Of a stretch of DNA of 64,000 bases, positions 29,310-38,205 are shown piece by piece (position 1 is the first letter of the stretch; each line of letters starts with the position of its first letter). The stretch covers positions 2,368,001 to 2,432,000 of the forward strand of contig CAXXVS010000002.1 in assembly GCA_963674755.2 (NCBI GenBank), read 5' to 3'. Source of the stretch: Desulfobacterales bacterium (GTDB taxonomy: Bacteria > Desulfobacterota > Desulfobacteria > Desulfobacterales > UBA5852). The position numbers and the translations under genes were made by a program. Below the pieces are notes generated by a model. That model was not told the DNA's origin. It was given only the letters and a program-made list of their open reading frames with translations, and did not search any database.

Positions 29310-31097
29310 CTAAACCCCTTCTTGGGGGCGCATATCGGCCTTATCGATACCGGCTACGGCCACCGGCTTTTTCATGGCATCGCGCCGGAAGGGTTCGCCC
29401 AGTTCCTGATTGTTCAAGACCTCGATGAAGGTGGTCTTGCCCTCTTCCATCTGGCCCTTGACGGCCGCCGCCAACTTGGCGGTAAGATCCTCCGGTGTTT
29501 TCACCTGAACGCCCTCCATGCCGCAGGCTTTGGCAATGCCGGCATAGGAGACACCGGTATCCAGTTCGGTGCCCACGAAGTTGTCGTCATACCAAAGCGT
29601 CGAGTTGCGCTTTTCCGCGCCCCACTGGTAGTTCCGGAAAATGACCATGGTGATGGCGGGCCATTCGGCACGGCCGCAGGCCGCCATCTCATTCATGGAG
29701 ATGCCGAAGGCCCCGTCACCGGCAAACCCCACCACCGGAACGTCCGGCTTGGCGATCTTGGCGCCCAGGATGGCCGGGAAACCGTAGCCGCAGGGCCCGA
29801 ACATGCCCGGCGCCAGGTATTTGCGCCCCGCTTCGAAGGTCGGATAGGCATTGCCGATGGCGCAATTGTTGCCGATATCCGAAGAGATAATGGCCTCCTT
29901 GGGCAGGGCTTTGATGATGGCGCGCCAGGCCATGCGGGCGGTCATCTTATCCGGCTCATTGCTTTGGGCGCGCTGGTTCCAAGTGGTGCCGGGATCGTCG
30001 GCTTCGTGATCCATGGCGGCCAGCTCTTTATCCCAATCGGTTTTGGTCTGGGCGATAAGGGCCTTGCGTTCTTCGCGGCCGTCGTCCCCCGCCGTGGCGG
30101 CAAGCCGGGCCAGAAGGGCGTTGGCGACTTTCTTGACGTCACCGGCGATGCCCACGGTGACCGATTTGGTCAGACCGATGCGGTTGGGGTTGATATCCAC
30201 CTGGATGATGGCCGCCTTGGCGGGCCAGTAGTCGATGCCGTAGCCCGGCAAGGTGGAAAAAGGATTCAAGCGGGTACCCAGCGCCAGGACCACATCCGCC
30301 TTGGCAATCAGCTGCATGCCGGCCTTGGAGCCGTTGTAGCCCAGGGGGCCCGCAAACAGGGGATGGCTGCCCGGGAAGGCGTCGTTGTGCTGATAGCCGC
30401 AGCAGACCGGGGCGTCCAAGCGCTCGGCCAAAGCGATGCTGTCCGGAATCGCACCGCCGATGACGACACCGCCGCCGTTCAGAATCACCGGGAATTTCGC
30501 CTTGGAAAGCAGATCGGCCGCACGGGCAATGGCTTCCTCGCCCCCTGCGGGACGCTCGAATTCAACAATCGCCGGCAACTCGATTTCGATCACCTGGGTC
30601 CAGAAATCGCGGGGCACATTGATCTGGGCCGGCGCGGAGGCCCGCTTGGCCTGCAGGATCACCCGGTTGAGGACCTCGGCGATACGCGTCGGGTGCCGCA
30701 CTTCTTCCTGATAGGCCACCATTTCCTCGAAGACAGCCATCTGGGGAACTTCCTGGAATCCGCCCTGCCCCATGGTCATGTTGGCGGCTTGCGCCGTGAC
30801 CAGCAAGAGCGGGGTGTGATTCCAGTAGGCGGTCTTGACCGGGGTTACGAAATTGGTGATGCCGGGACCGTTCTGGGCGATCATCATGGACATCTTGCCG
30901 GAGGCACGGGTAAACCCATCGGCCATCATGCCGGCGTTGCCTTCATGGCCCACATCCCAAAACGTGATGCCTGCCTTGGGGAACAGGTCGGAAATCGGCA
31001 TAAAGGCCGATCCGATGATGCCGAAGGCGTGCTCGATGCCGTGCATTTGAAGGACTTTGATAAAGGCCTCTTCGGTTGTCATTTTAATCTTGCTCAT
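29310..31097 (-). CDS. xsc: Sulfoacetaldehyde acetyltransferase (ThDP-dependent)
   Basis: MTTEEAFIKVLQMHGIEHAFGIIGSA, AQNGPGITNFVT, SSDIGNNCAIGNAYP, GDGAFG..NYQWGAEKRN, ELGEPFRRDAM. Confidence 0.95.
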   Translation of the reverse strand: MSKIKMTTEEAFIKVLQMHGIEHAFGIIGSAFMPISDLFPKAGITFWDVGHEGNAGMMADGFTRASGKMSMMIAQNGPGITNFVTPVKTAYWNHTPLLLVTAQAANMTMGQGGFQEVPQMAVFEEMVAYQEEVRHPTRIAEVLNRVILQAKRASAPAQINVPRDFWTQVIEIELPAIVEFERPAGGEEAIARAADLLSKAKFPVILNGGGVVIGGAIPDSIALAERLDAPVCCGYQHNDAFPGSHPLFAGPLGYNGSKAGMQLIAKADVVLALGTRLNPFSTLPGYGIDYWPAKAAIIQVDINPNRIGLTKSVTVGIAGDVKKVANALLARLAATAGDDGREERKALIAQTKTDWDKELAAMDHEADDPGTTWNQRAQSNEPDKMTARMAWRAIIKALPKEAIISSDIGNNCAIGNAYPTFEAGRKYLAPGMFGPCGYGFPAILGAKIAKPDVPVVGFAGDGAFGISMNEMAACGRAEWPAITMVIFRNYQWGAEKRNSTLWYDDNFVGTELDTGVSYAGIAKACGMEGVQVKTPEDLTAKLAAAVKGQMEEGKTTFIEVLNNQELGEPFRRDAMKKPVAVAGIDKADMRPQEGV

Positions 31098-31216
31098 AAT
31101 GGCTGTTCCTCCTTGAAAATCGGGACGGATCCCTTGGGATGGATTATGGGGGAAGGTTTTTTAAAAATCGTGGTCATGGGGCCACCGATCATGGCAGGCG
31201 ATCGTTGAAACTTAAT

Positions 31217-31232
31217 GTCTGATACATCAGAC
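31217..31232. promoter_or_regulatory. Candidate GntR operator upstream of xsc
   Basis: GTCTGAT-ac-ATCAGAC perfect inverted repeat sharing the core of the tpa site. Confidence 0.6.
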
Positions 31233-31377
31233 TTCAGAACATTTGTCAAGCTGAACTTTGTCCCGCGGTACCTTCCCTTCGACAACAGGGCCCACAGCCC
31301 CGAAACCGTGCTATAGGTCAATCATGTCGGATCGAAAAACGATGGAGTAAGGTCGAAAAAGAGCCGTTTAGAAGAAA

Positions 31378-32073
31378 TTATCGAATAAGGCCGATCTGCT
31401 TGCCATTCGATTCCGCTTCACGTCGATGGAAGGTGCGGATGTAGTCCTCCTGGACGCTAAACGACCAATGCACATCCCGCAATAGACGCACGGCTTCGTC
31501 CCTGTCCCCCATTTTGATGGCGTCGATAAACCGATCGTGCTCATCGGTGTTGCGCAATTCCCATTCCTTGACGTAGGGCCGCCGTTGAAAATCGTAAAGA
31601 CGCCTTTTGAGCGGCATCAGGATCGGCTGTATGGTCCGGTTGTCGGAAAGGTTCAGAAAAACGTCGTGAAAGCGGATGTTCATCTTGTAGTAGAGGTCGA
31701 ATTCTTCACGCTGGATCGCCCCCCGCATTTCGGAATTGAGCTGGCGCAGGACGGCGATGTGGCTGCCGTTGAACTGGTCGAAAATCGCCTTGACGACATC
31801 CCCCTCCAGGGCACCGCAAATCTGGTAAAAGTCTTTTACATCCTGAAGTGTGAGGGCGTTCACGACGACCCCCCGGCGTGGCATGATCGTCACAAAGCCT
31901 TCCACCTCCAGGCGGATGAGAGCGTCTCTCAGGGGGGTTTTGCTGATCCCCAGATGATCGCTGATCTGATTGAGATTGAGAGTCGTGTTGGGCAGGATGT
32001 GGCCGGTCATCATCTGGTCGCGGATATACTCGTAAACCTGCTCCCGCAACGATTTCACGTTCAAAATGGCCAC
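31378..32073 (-). CDS. GntR family regulator (FCD-type)
   Basis: SLREQVYEYIR...LGISKTPLRDALIRLEVEGFV.IMPRRGVVV wHTH; N.RFH and EH motifs. Confidence 0.92.
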   Translation of the reverse strand: MAILNVKSLREQVYEYIRDQMMTGHILPNTTLNLNQISDHLGISKTPLRDALIRLEVEGFVTIMPRRGVVVNALTLQDVKDFYQICGALEGDVVKAIFDQFNGSHIAVLRQLNSEMRGAIQREEFDLYYKMNIRFHDVFLNLSDNRTIQPILMPLKRRLYDFQRRPYVKEWELRNTDEHDRFIDAIKMGDRDEAVRLLRDVHWSFSVQEDYIRTFHRREAESNGKQIGLIR

Positions 32074-32148
32074 ATCTTCTCCTCTCTTGCCGCCCGAGGC
32101 CGTGTTATCCCCGGACGCTTCACCTAAACGTCACATTCGTCCCTAAGA

Positions 32149-32167
32149 AATCAGATATATTAGACAC
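32149..32167. promoter_or_regulatory. Candidate autoregulatory GntR site
   Basis: Reads TGTCTAATATATCTGAT on the minus strand, a variant of the xsc/tpa sites; TTGACA at 32180-32175. Confidence 0.45.
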
Positions 32168-32305
32168 CAGACCTTGTCAACGCTCTTCCCCCACCTTGGA
32201 CGGCGGCCGGCGCCACCAACCACGACGGGGGGCCGGGTGAGGATCCAAATCGCCGGCACGCCCACGGCTCGGCGCAATTGCCGCAACATTGCCGGTTTGA
32301 TGTTT

Positions 32306-33517
32306 TCAGTCCCACAGCGGTGATAGACGGTCCTCCGGCCCCAGGACCGGTGGCCGGGCAACCACCGTTTCGGGGTATTTCAAGCCGGATCCCGTATTGA
32401 GCAACACGACCTTCTCTTCGGGTTTGATCCAGCCGCTCCCGGCCAGCTGGATGGCGGCACTCAGGGTGGCCGCGCCTTCCGGGCACACGAAAGTTCCCTC
32501 CCGGGACGCCAGCATGGCCTCGGCCCTCAGGATATCGTCGTCTTCCACGGCAACGGCGCAACCTTCGGTTTTATAAATGGCATCCAGAACCAGAAAATCG
32601 CCCAGCGCCTTGGGCACCGTGATGCCGAAGGCCAGGGTGGCGGCATTCTCCCAGAACACCGACTCACGCTTATTTTCCTTCCAGGCCTCGACGATGGGGG
32701 CACAGCCTGTCGACTGAACGGCCACCAACCGCGGGAAGTTCCCGCGGATCCACCCCATGGCCTCAAGCTCGCGAAGCGCCTTGTAGATCCCGATGATGCC
32801 GACCCCGCCGCCGGTGGGATAGAGAATGACGTCCGGCAGCTGCCAGCCGAACTGCTCGGCAATCTCGAGCCCCATGGTCTTCTTCCCCTCGATGCGATAG
32901 GGCTCTTTCAGGGTGGAGGCATCAAACCACCCATACTCGGCCACCGCCCGGGCGACGATCTTGCCGGCGTCACTGATCAGGCCGTCCACCAGGTACAACG
33001 CCGCGCCGGCAATGGCACATTCGCCCCGCGGGATGGGGGGCGCGTCTTCGGGCATCACGATGACCGTCTGGATGCCGGCGGCCGCGCCGTAAACCGCCCA
33101 GGCCGCACCGGCATTGCCGTTGGTGGGCATGGCCAGGGTTGCGATTCCCAGCTCCTTGGCGCGCGACACGCCGACCGCGGCGCCGCGGGCCTTGAAGGTG
33201 CCAGTGGGAATGATCCCCTCGTCCTTCATGAATAGCTGGGGCAGCCCCACTTCCCGCCCCAGTTTTCGGAGGGGCAGGAGAGGGGTCATGCCCTCCCCCA
33301 GACAAACCCGGTTGCGTTCCTGCCTGACCGGCAGCAATTCCCTGTAGCGCCAGAGGTCCGCCGGCCTTGGCAGCAAGTCCTCCTTGTGCAGCACCGCCTT
33401 CACCCGGTCGAGATCGTAGCGTACCAGCAGCGGCGCCCCGCAGCGGCACAGCTGGATGACCTGTTCACTATCATAGGTGGCGCGGCACTTGGGGCATTCG
33501 AGGTGGGACACATACAT
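32306..33517 (-). CDS. Threonine-synthase-like PLP fold-type II enzyme
   Basis: N-terminal CPKC..C.C, LGEGMTPL, PTGTFKARG (PLP Lys), MPTNGNAG, EPYRIEGKKT, YPTGGG, LNTGSGLKY. Confidence 0.85.
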   Translation of the reverse strand: MYVSHLECPKCRATYDSEQVIQLCRCGAPLLVRYDLDRVKAVLHKEDLLPRPADLWRYRELLPVRQERNRVCLGEGMTPLLPLRKLGREVGLPQLFMKDEGIIPTGTFKARGAAVGVSRAKELGIATLAMPTNGNAGAAWAVYGAAAGIQTVIVMPEDAPPIPRGECAIAGAALYLVDGLISDAGKIVARAVAEYGWFDASTLKEPYRIEGKKTMGLEIAEQFGWQLPDVILYPTGGGVGIIGIYKALRELEAMGWIRGNFPRLVAVQSTGCAPIVEAWKENKRESVFWENAATLAFGITVPKALGDFLVLDAIYKTEGCAVAVEDDDILRAEAMLASREGTFVCPEGAATLSAAIQLAGSGWIKPEEKVVLLNTGSGLKYPETVVARPPVLGPEDRLSPLWD

Positions 33518-33542
33518 AAATGGTACTCTCCCGGGAAAAGGG

Positions 33543-33929
33543 TTAGGGCTGCCGCAGGGCGATCGCCTCGATTTCGACATTGGCATCCTTGGGCAACCGG
33601 GCCACTTCGACACAGGCCCGCGCCGGGGGATCCGTCTTGAAGAATTCGGCATAGGCCGCGTTGATATCCCCGAACTGATCCATGTCGGCAATGTAGACGG
33701 TGGTCTTGACGACCTGCGCCAGACTGCTGCCGGCCGCCTCCAGGATGGCCTGGAGATTGGTGAGGGCCTGGCGTGTCTCCTGTTGGATATCGCCCGTTAT
33801 CAATTCCCCCGAGGCCGGATCGATGGCCAGCTGGCCGGAAACGAACACCATGGTGTCGGTCTTGATGGCCTGGGAGTACGGCCCGATGGCGCCAGGCGCT
33901 TTTTGGGTAGCTACGGTCGTGCGTTGCAT
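33543..33929 (-). CDS. ridA: RidA/YjgF/UK114 reactive enamine deaminase
   Basis: APGAIGPYSQA, FVSGQ, PPARACVEVARLPKDANVEIEAIA (catalytic Arg present). Confidence 0.92.
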   Translation of the reverse strand: MQRTTVATQKAPGAIGPYSQAIKTDTMVFVSGQLAIDPASGELITGDIQQETRQALTNLQAILEAAGSSLAQVVKTTVYIADMDQFGDINAAYAEFFKTDPPARACVEVARLPKDANVEIEAIALRQP

Positions 33930-33967
33930 TTGATGTTTCCTCCTTTAGGGGTACGAGGTTGTTGGTT

Positions 33968-34183
33968 AGTGCCCATCCATGAGCGGCATCTTTCGGCTCC
34001 AGCCGGCGTTCTCGCGCTTTGGAAATCCGCGCCGTAGCCCAGCACCGCAACGCTATCACTCATACGGCGACGCCGTCGGTTTCCACCCCCAGCGGGGTTG
34101 GATCAGACGGGAAGTCCTGCAGTGCGGGACAAATCACTGCGCCCCTGGCGGAAACCAAAAGTGACGATCTCCGGATGGGCAAT
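33968..34183. repeat. Palindromic MITE-like element (family A, diverged)
   Basis: Ends AGTGCCCATCC / GGATGGGCAAT; internal GGCATCTTTCGGC..GCCGGCGTTCTCGC..TTTG.AAATCC..CGTAGCCC shared with 48915-49099. Confidence 0.6.
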
Positions 34184-34615
34184 AGTGTATATGCGATCGG
34201 GAAATTCCGTTTTTATGAACGACACCACGTTGCAAGCGTCTTCTCCGGGGTGGCGGTTTTCCGGCCGCCATCTTCGGCGGGTTGATGCATACACCACATC
34301 AGCGGCCCGCGGCAAGCCGCATGTCGTCGATTCCGCAACAAGGCGGCGAACTGTGCAGGGCCAAAGAAAGCTTGGTCATCCGGCCCCCCCCCCCCCCCTG
34401 CAGCGACATTCGCCGGCGGGGTTCTCCCTTTGGTGAATATGATATAGCCAGATGGCTCCGGGAGCGCCAGACAGTTGCCAGCTCGGCGGAAACATGGCAT
34501 AAAAGTTCAACAGGGATGCGGCTGCAAGCGCCCCCTCGCTTCTCAATCGCAACGCGACATCGCCCGCGACATGCTGCGCCTGCCCAAGAACCACGAACAT
34601 GGAAAGAGGGTCGAC

Positions 34616-35485
34616 ATGGGAGAAAAAATCGGCATTGTGACAGACACCATCTCGGACGTCCCGGAAGCCCTTGCCAAGGATCTGGGGATCAATATCATTC
34701 CGACCAATGTGATTTTGGACGGAAAAGTCTACCGGGATGGCATCGATCTCAAAGCGGAAGCTTTCTACCGGAATTTTCACCAGTACAAGAACATGGCCTC
34801 GCAGCCCGTTTCTTACGAAGACTATGCCCTGGCCTATAAGAAGCTGGTGGAGGAATACGACGGGCTCGTCTTCATCCATGTGTCCCACAAATTGAGCGCC
34901 ACTTTCGAAATCGCCCAACAGGTGCATCAGGATTTCCAAAACAGCCATAACTGCCGGGTGGTCCTCATCGACTCGCTCCAGTGCGGCATGGGATACGGTA
35001 TCGCCGTCATTGCGGCCGCCCGCATGGCGCAGCAGGGCCGCAATGAAGAGGAGATCGCCGCCCATGTAACCCATGTGCTCCGGCACACCTCCGCTTTCTT
35101 TGCGCTTCCGGAGTTAAAATACCTCCGTCGTGGAAAAAAAATCAGCGGGCTGAAATCGCTGGTGGGCATGGCCATGAAGGTCAAGCCGGTCATGTCCGTC
35201 GAGCAGGGGGAAATCGTGGTCAAAACCAAACTATTTGGCGAGCAGAAGAATATGATCCTCTCGATGCTCGATATGATACGCGACGATATCGCCGGCCGGC
35301 CCATCACCCTGGCCATCTTCCAAACCGCCGCCGAGGTGTCGGTGATTGAAAGCCTGCGCAGCGTCTTCCAATCCGAATTCAACTGCGATGACATTTTCGA
35401 CGCCTTTTTCAGCCCGGCGATCGGCATCAACATGGGTCCGGGCTGCACCGGCATCGCCTACTACAAACATTCGCCCCGAAGCTGA
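34616..35485 (+). CDS. DegV family fatty-acid-binding protein
   Basis: IGIVTDT.SD, ASQP, VSHKLSAT, IDSLQ, LKYLRRG, MKVKPV, MGPG..GI. Confidence 0.88.
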   Translation: MGEKIGIVTDTISDVPEALAKDLGINIIPTNVILDGKVYRDGIDLKAEAFYRNFHQYKNMASQPVSYEDYALAYKKLVEEYDGLVFIHVSHKLSATFEIAQQVHQDFQNSHNCRVVLIDSLQCGMGYGIAVIAAARMAQQGRNEEEIAAHVTHVLRHTSAFFALPELKYLRRGKKISGLKSLVGMAMKVKPVMSVEQGEIVVKTKLFGEQKNMILSMLDMIRDDIAGRPITLAIFQTAAEVSVIESLRSVFQSEFNCDDIFDAFFSPAIGINMGPGCTGIAYYKHSPRS

Positions 35486-35550
35486 CGACGACGCGCGACC
35501 CGGGCGATGTTTCATCGCAGCCCGGTGCCGTCATGGCGCCCCATCGCCTG

Positions 35551-36333
35551 TTAAGCCGCGTCTTCAAGAACGGCCCGCCCCAGGGTCTTGAACACGGCCT
35601 CCCCCTCCTCATCCGCTGGGGCCGTGTTGGACGCCACCGCTTCGTAGCGCGCCATCTCCTGGGGGTCGTTGAGGTCGATCGGCTCCCGGATGCCTTTCAG
35701 GCGGTTGTGCATGGGATCGTAAAGTACCACAGGACCGAATACCCGCTTGCCGCCGCCCGCCCAGCGCCCCAGGATGGTGTGGTGGGGAACCGCCAGCGCT
35801 TTGGGGGCCGGCCCATAGGCCAACAGATCCGCAAAGAACCGCAGCGTCTCCTGGACGCCCTCCGCATAGCGGGTTTCCAACGCGCTACGGCCGTCATAGA
35901 CCAGATCGTCGATATCGGTCCGGGTGAAATGCAGGTCCAGGCCGTCAATCAATTCTGCCCGCAGGGTTTCGAGGGAGTCCTCCTTCTTGCTGATAATGAC
36001 ATTGGCATCGTTTAAGATCTTGATTACATTTCGGATATTGAGCATTTCCTTCACCAGCGGACTTTTCCGCAGGACAACGTCCTCGATGCTGGTTTTATAG
36101 ATGGGCAGATCGTTGTCGAGCACCAGCAGGCGTTGCTGGTCGCCCAACGGGGAAAGCCGGTAGAGCTCCACATCCCTATCGACGATTTTTTCATAACCGC
36201 CCCTCGCCAGAAGATCGCGGACCAGATCCTTATCGATGCGGCGGCCGCTGTCCGGCGGCCCCATGGACGATCGGATGCGGCCAACCAGATCATTGATCTC
36301 GATTTTCTTGCGTAAATTGTCCTTGAATGCCAT
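35551..36333 (-). CDS. Hypothetical protein
   Basis: 260-aa ORF with RBS AAGGAGG and protein-like composition; no motif recognised. Confidence 0.75.
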   Translation of the reverse strand: MAFKDNLRKKIEINDLVGRIRSSMGPPDSGRRIDKDLVRDLLARGGYEKIVDRDVELYRLSPLGDQQRLLVLDNDLPIYKTSIEDVVLRKSPLVKEMLNIRNVIKILNDANVIISKKEDSLETLRAELIDGLDLHFTRTDIDDLVYDGRSALETRYAEGVQETLRFFADLLAYGPAPKALAVPHHTILGRWAGGGKRVFGPVVLYDPMHNRLKGIREPIDLNDPQEMARYEAVASNTAPADEEGEAVFKTLGRAVLEDAA

Positions 36334-36837
36334 CGTTAGAGCCTCCTTTATCCAAAAAATGATCGGAATGCGCTGGACGGCACGAAAACGAATACCAGAT
36401 GGTCTCGAGAGAGGAGTAGAATTGCTGAATGCTGAAAACCGTGCCTATCACAGCGCGCCCCCTGTAAACAAGCGCTATCATGCTTCGGGCGGTTTGGACG
36501 GACAATCTTCTTGACCATCTCCGACGATTTCGGCTAAATAAATACATCTTGCAAGCCGTCACGCAATGACCGACCGCACCCATCAGCCGAAACCGATTGT
36601 CCCCCCCCGCTCGGGGCAGAGAGGCTGCCTAAGACACCGACCATGCTTTGATGAACGAGGCCGGCACCCGTTTATCCAGACGCGTAGAGACGCACCCGTC
36701 TGCGAAAGCAATGGGCCAGCCATACGATCGCGGGACATTTGGAACCGGCCGTGGTGATTTCGTTCGGCTAGTGGAAAAAATAAGACGATTTTCGGTGCGC
36801 ACCCGCATCGGCCAACGACAGCAGGAGGCAAGCCACA

Positions 36838-38118
36838 ATGACTGAAACAGCCAAGCTAAGCTACATGGGTAAAACCTATGAACTGCCCGTCATCACGGGA
36901 ACCGAGGGTGAAAAAGGGATCGATATCTCCCGGCTTCGACAGGATACGGGATTGATCACCCTCGATACGGGGTATGCCAACACGGGCAGCTGCACCAGCG
37001 ACATTACCTACATGGACGGTGAAAAGGGGATCCTGCGCTATCGGGGCATCCCGGTGGAGCAGCTGGCCAAATACTCTTCTTTCCGGGAGACCGCCTATCT
37101 TCTGGTCCATGGCAAACTGCCGAGCCATAAAGAGCTGAACCGTTTTTCCGTTCTGCTGAACGATGCTTCCCTGGTCCATGAAGATATGAAGATCTTTTAT
37201 CAGAATTTCCCCAAGCGGTCCCATCCCATGGGCATTTTGTCCAGCATGGTCAACGCCCTGCGCAGCTTCTACCCCGAGCTGCTATCCCTGCAGGAAGAAA
37301 TTGACATCACCGTGACCCGCCTGCTGTCCAAGGTCCGCACCCTGGCGGCCATGTCCTATAAGATGTCCCGCGGGCATACGGTCGTCTACCCGCGGCCCGA
37401 CCTCTCCTACTGCGCCAATTTTCTCAACATGATGTTCGATTCGCCTGTAAAACCTTATGAAATCGATGAAGATATCGTGGAAGCCCTCAATGTCTTCTGG
37501 ATTTTGCACGCCGACCACGAGCAAAACTGTTCCACCTCGGCCGTACGCATGGTGGGTTCGGGACGGGTCAATCTCTATGCCGCCATATCCGCCGGAATCG
37601 CCGCCCTCTGGGGGCCGCTGCACGGCGGGGCCAACCAGGCCGTGGTGGAAATGTTAGAGAATATTGCCACCAGCGGTCGCGGCCTGCGACATTACGTGGA
37701 AAGGGCCAAAGATCGCCAGGATCCCTTCCGCTTAATGGGCTTCGGCCATCGCGTCTACAAAACCTACGACCCCCGGGCCAAGATCATCAAGACCATGTGT
37801 GACAGGGTCTTGGACAATCTCAAAATCGACGATCCGCTCCTGGTATTGGCCAAAGAACTGGAAGAAATCGCCCTCCAAGACGACTACTTCATCTCGCATA
37901 ACCTCTATCCCAACGTGGATTTCTACAGCGGCATCATTCTGCGGGTCATGGGCATCCCCACGAACATGTTCACCGTGATGTTTGCCATCGGGCGGCTGCC
38001 CGGATGGATTGCCCAATGGAAGGAAAGCATGGACGATCCCAACTGGAAGCTCTGTCGCCCGCGCCAGATTTACACCGGGCCGGCCCTGCGGGACTACGTT
38101 CCGGTGGAAGCGCGCTGA
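36838..38118 (+). CDS. gltA: Citrate (Si)-synthase
   Basis: YRGIP, HADHEQNCST, GPLHGGAN, MGFGHRVYKTYDPRA, YPNVDFYSG, RPRQIY. Confidence 0.96.
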   Translation: MTETAKLSYMGKTYELPVITGTEGEKGIDISRLRQDTGLITLDTGYANTGSCTSDITYMDGEKGILRYRGIPVEQLAKYSSFRETAYLLVHGKLPSHKELNRFSVLLNDASLVHEDMKIFYQNFPKRSHPMGILSSMVNALRSFYPELLSLQEEIDITVTRLLSKVRTLAAMSYKMSRGHTVVYPRPDLSYCANFLNMMFDSPVKPYEIDEDIVEALNVFWILHADHEQNCSTSAVRMVGSGRVNLYAAISAGIAALWGPLHGGANQAVVEMLENIATSGRGLRHYVERAKDRQDPFRLMGFGHRVYKTYDPRAKIIKTMCDRVLDNLKIDDPLLVLAKELEEIALQDDYFISHNLYPNVDFYSGIILRVMGIPTNMFTVMFAIGRLPGWIAQWKESMDDPNWKLCRPRQIYTGPALRDYVPVEAR

Positions 38119-38124
38119 AAGCAC

Positions 38125-38164
38125 AAAAAAGCCGGCGGTGCCGTCGGGAGACGAAACCGCCGGC
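38125..38164 (-). terminator. Terminator between convergent gltA and uraA
   Basis: A6 followed by GCCGGCGGT...ACCGCCGGC stem. Confidence 0.6.
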
Positions 38165-38205
38165 CATAACCATTGAGGCGGGTCTGATCAGCGCTGTGGG
38201 ACTGC

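Noticed and set aside
36575..36780. Structured leader or riboswitch upstream of gltA
   Set aside because: Only a weak end-to-end complement (CAGCCGAA / TTCGGCTA); no recognisable family.
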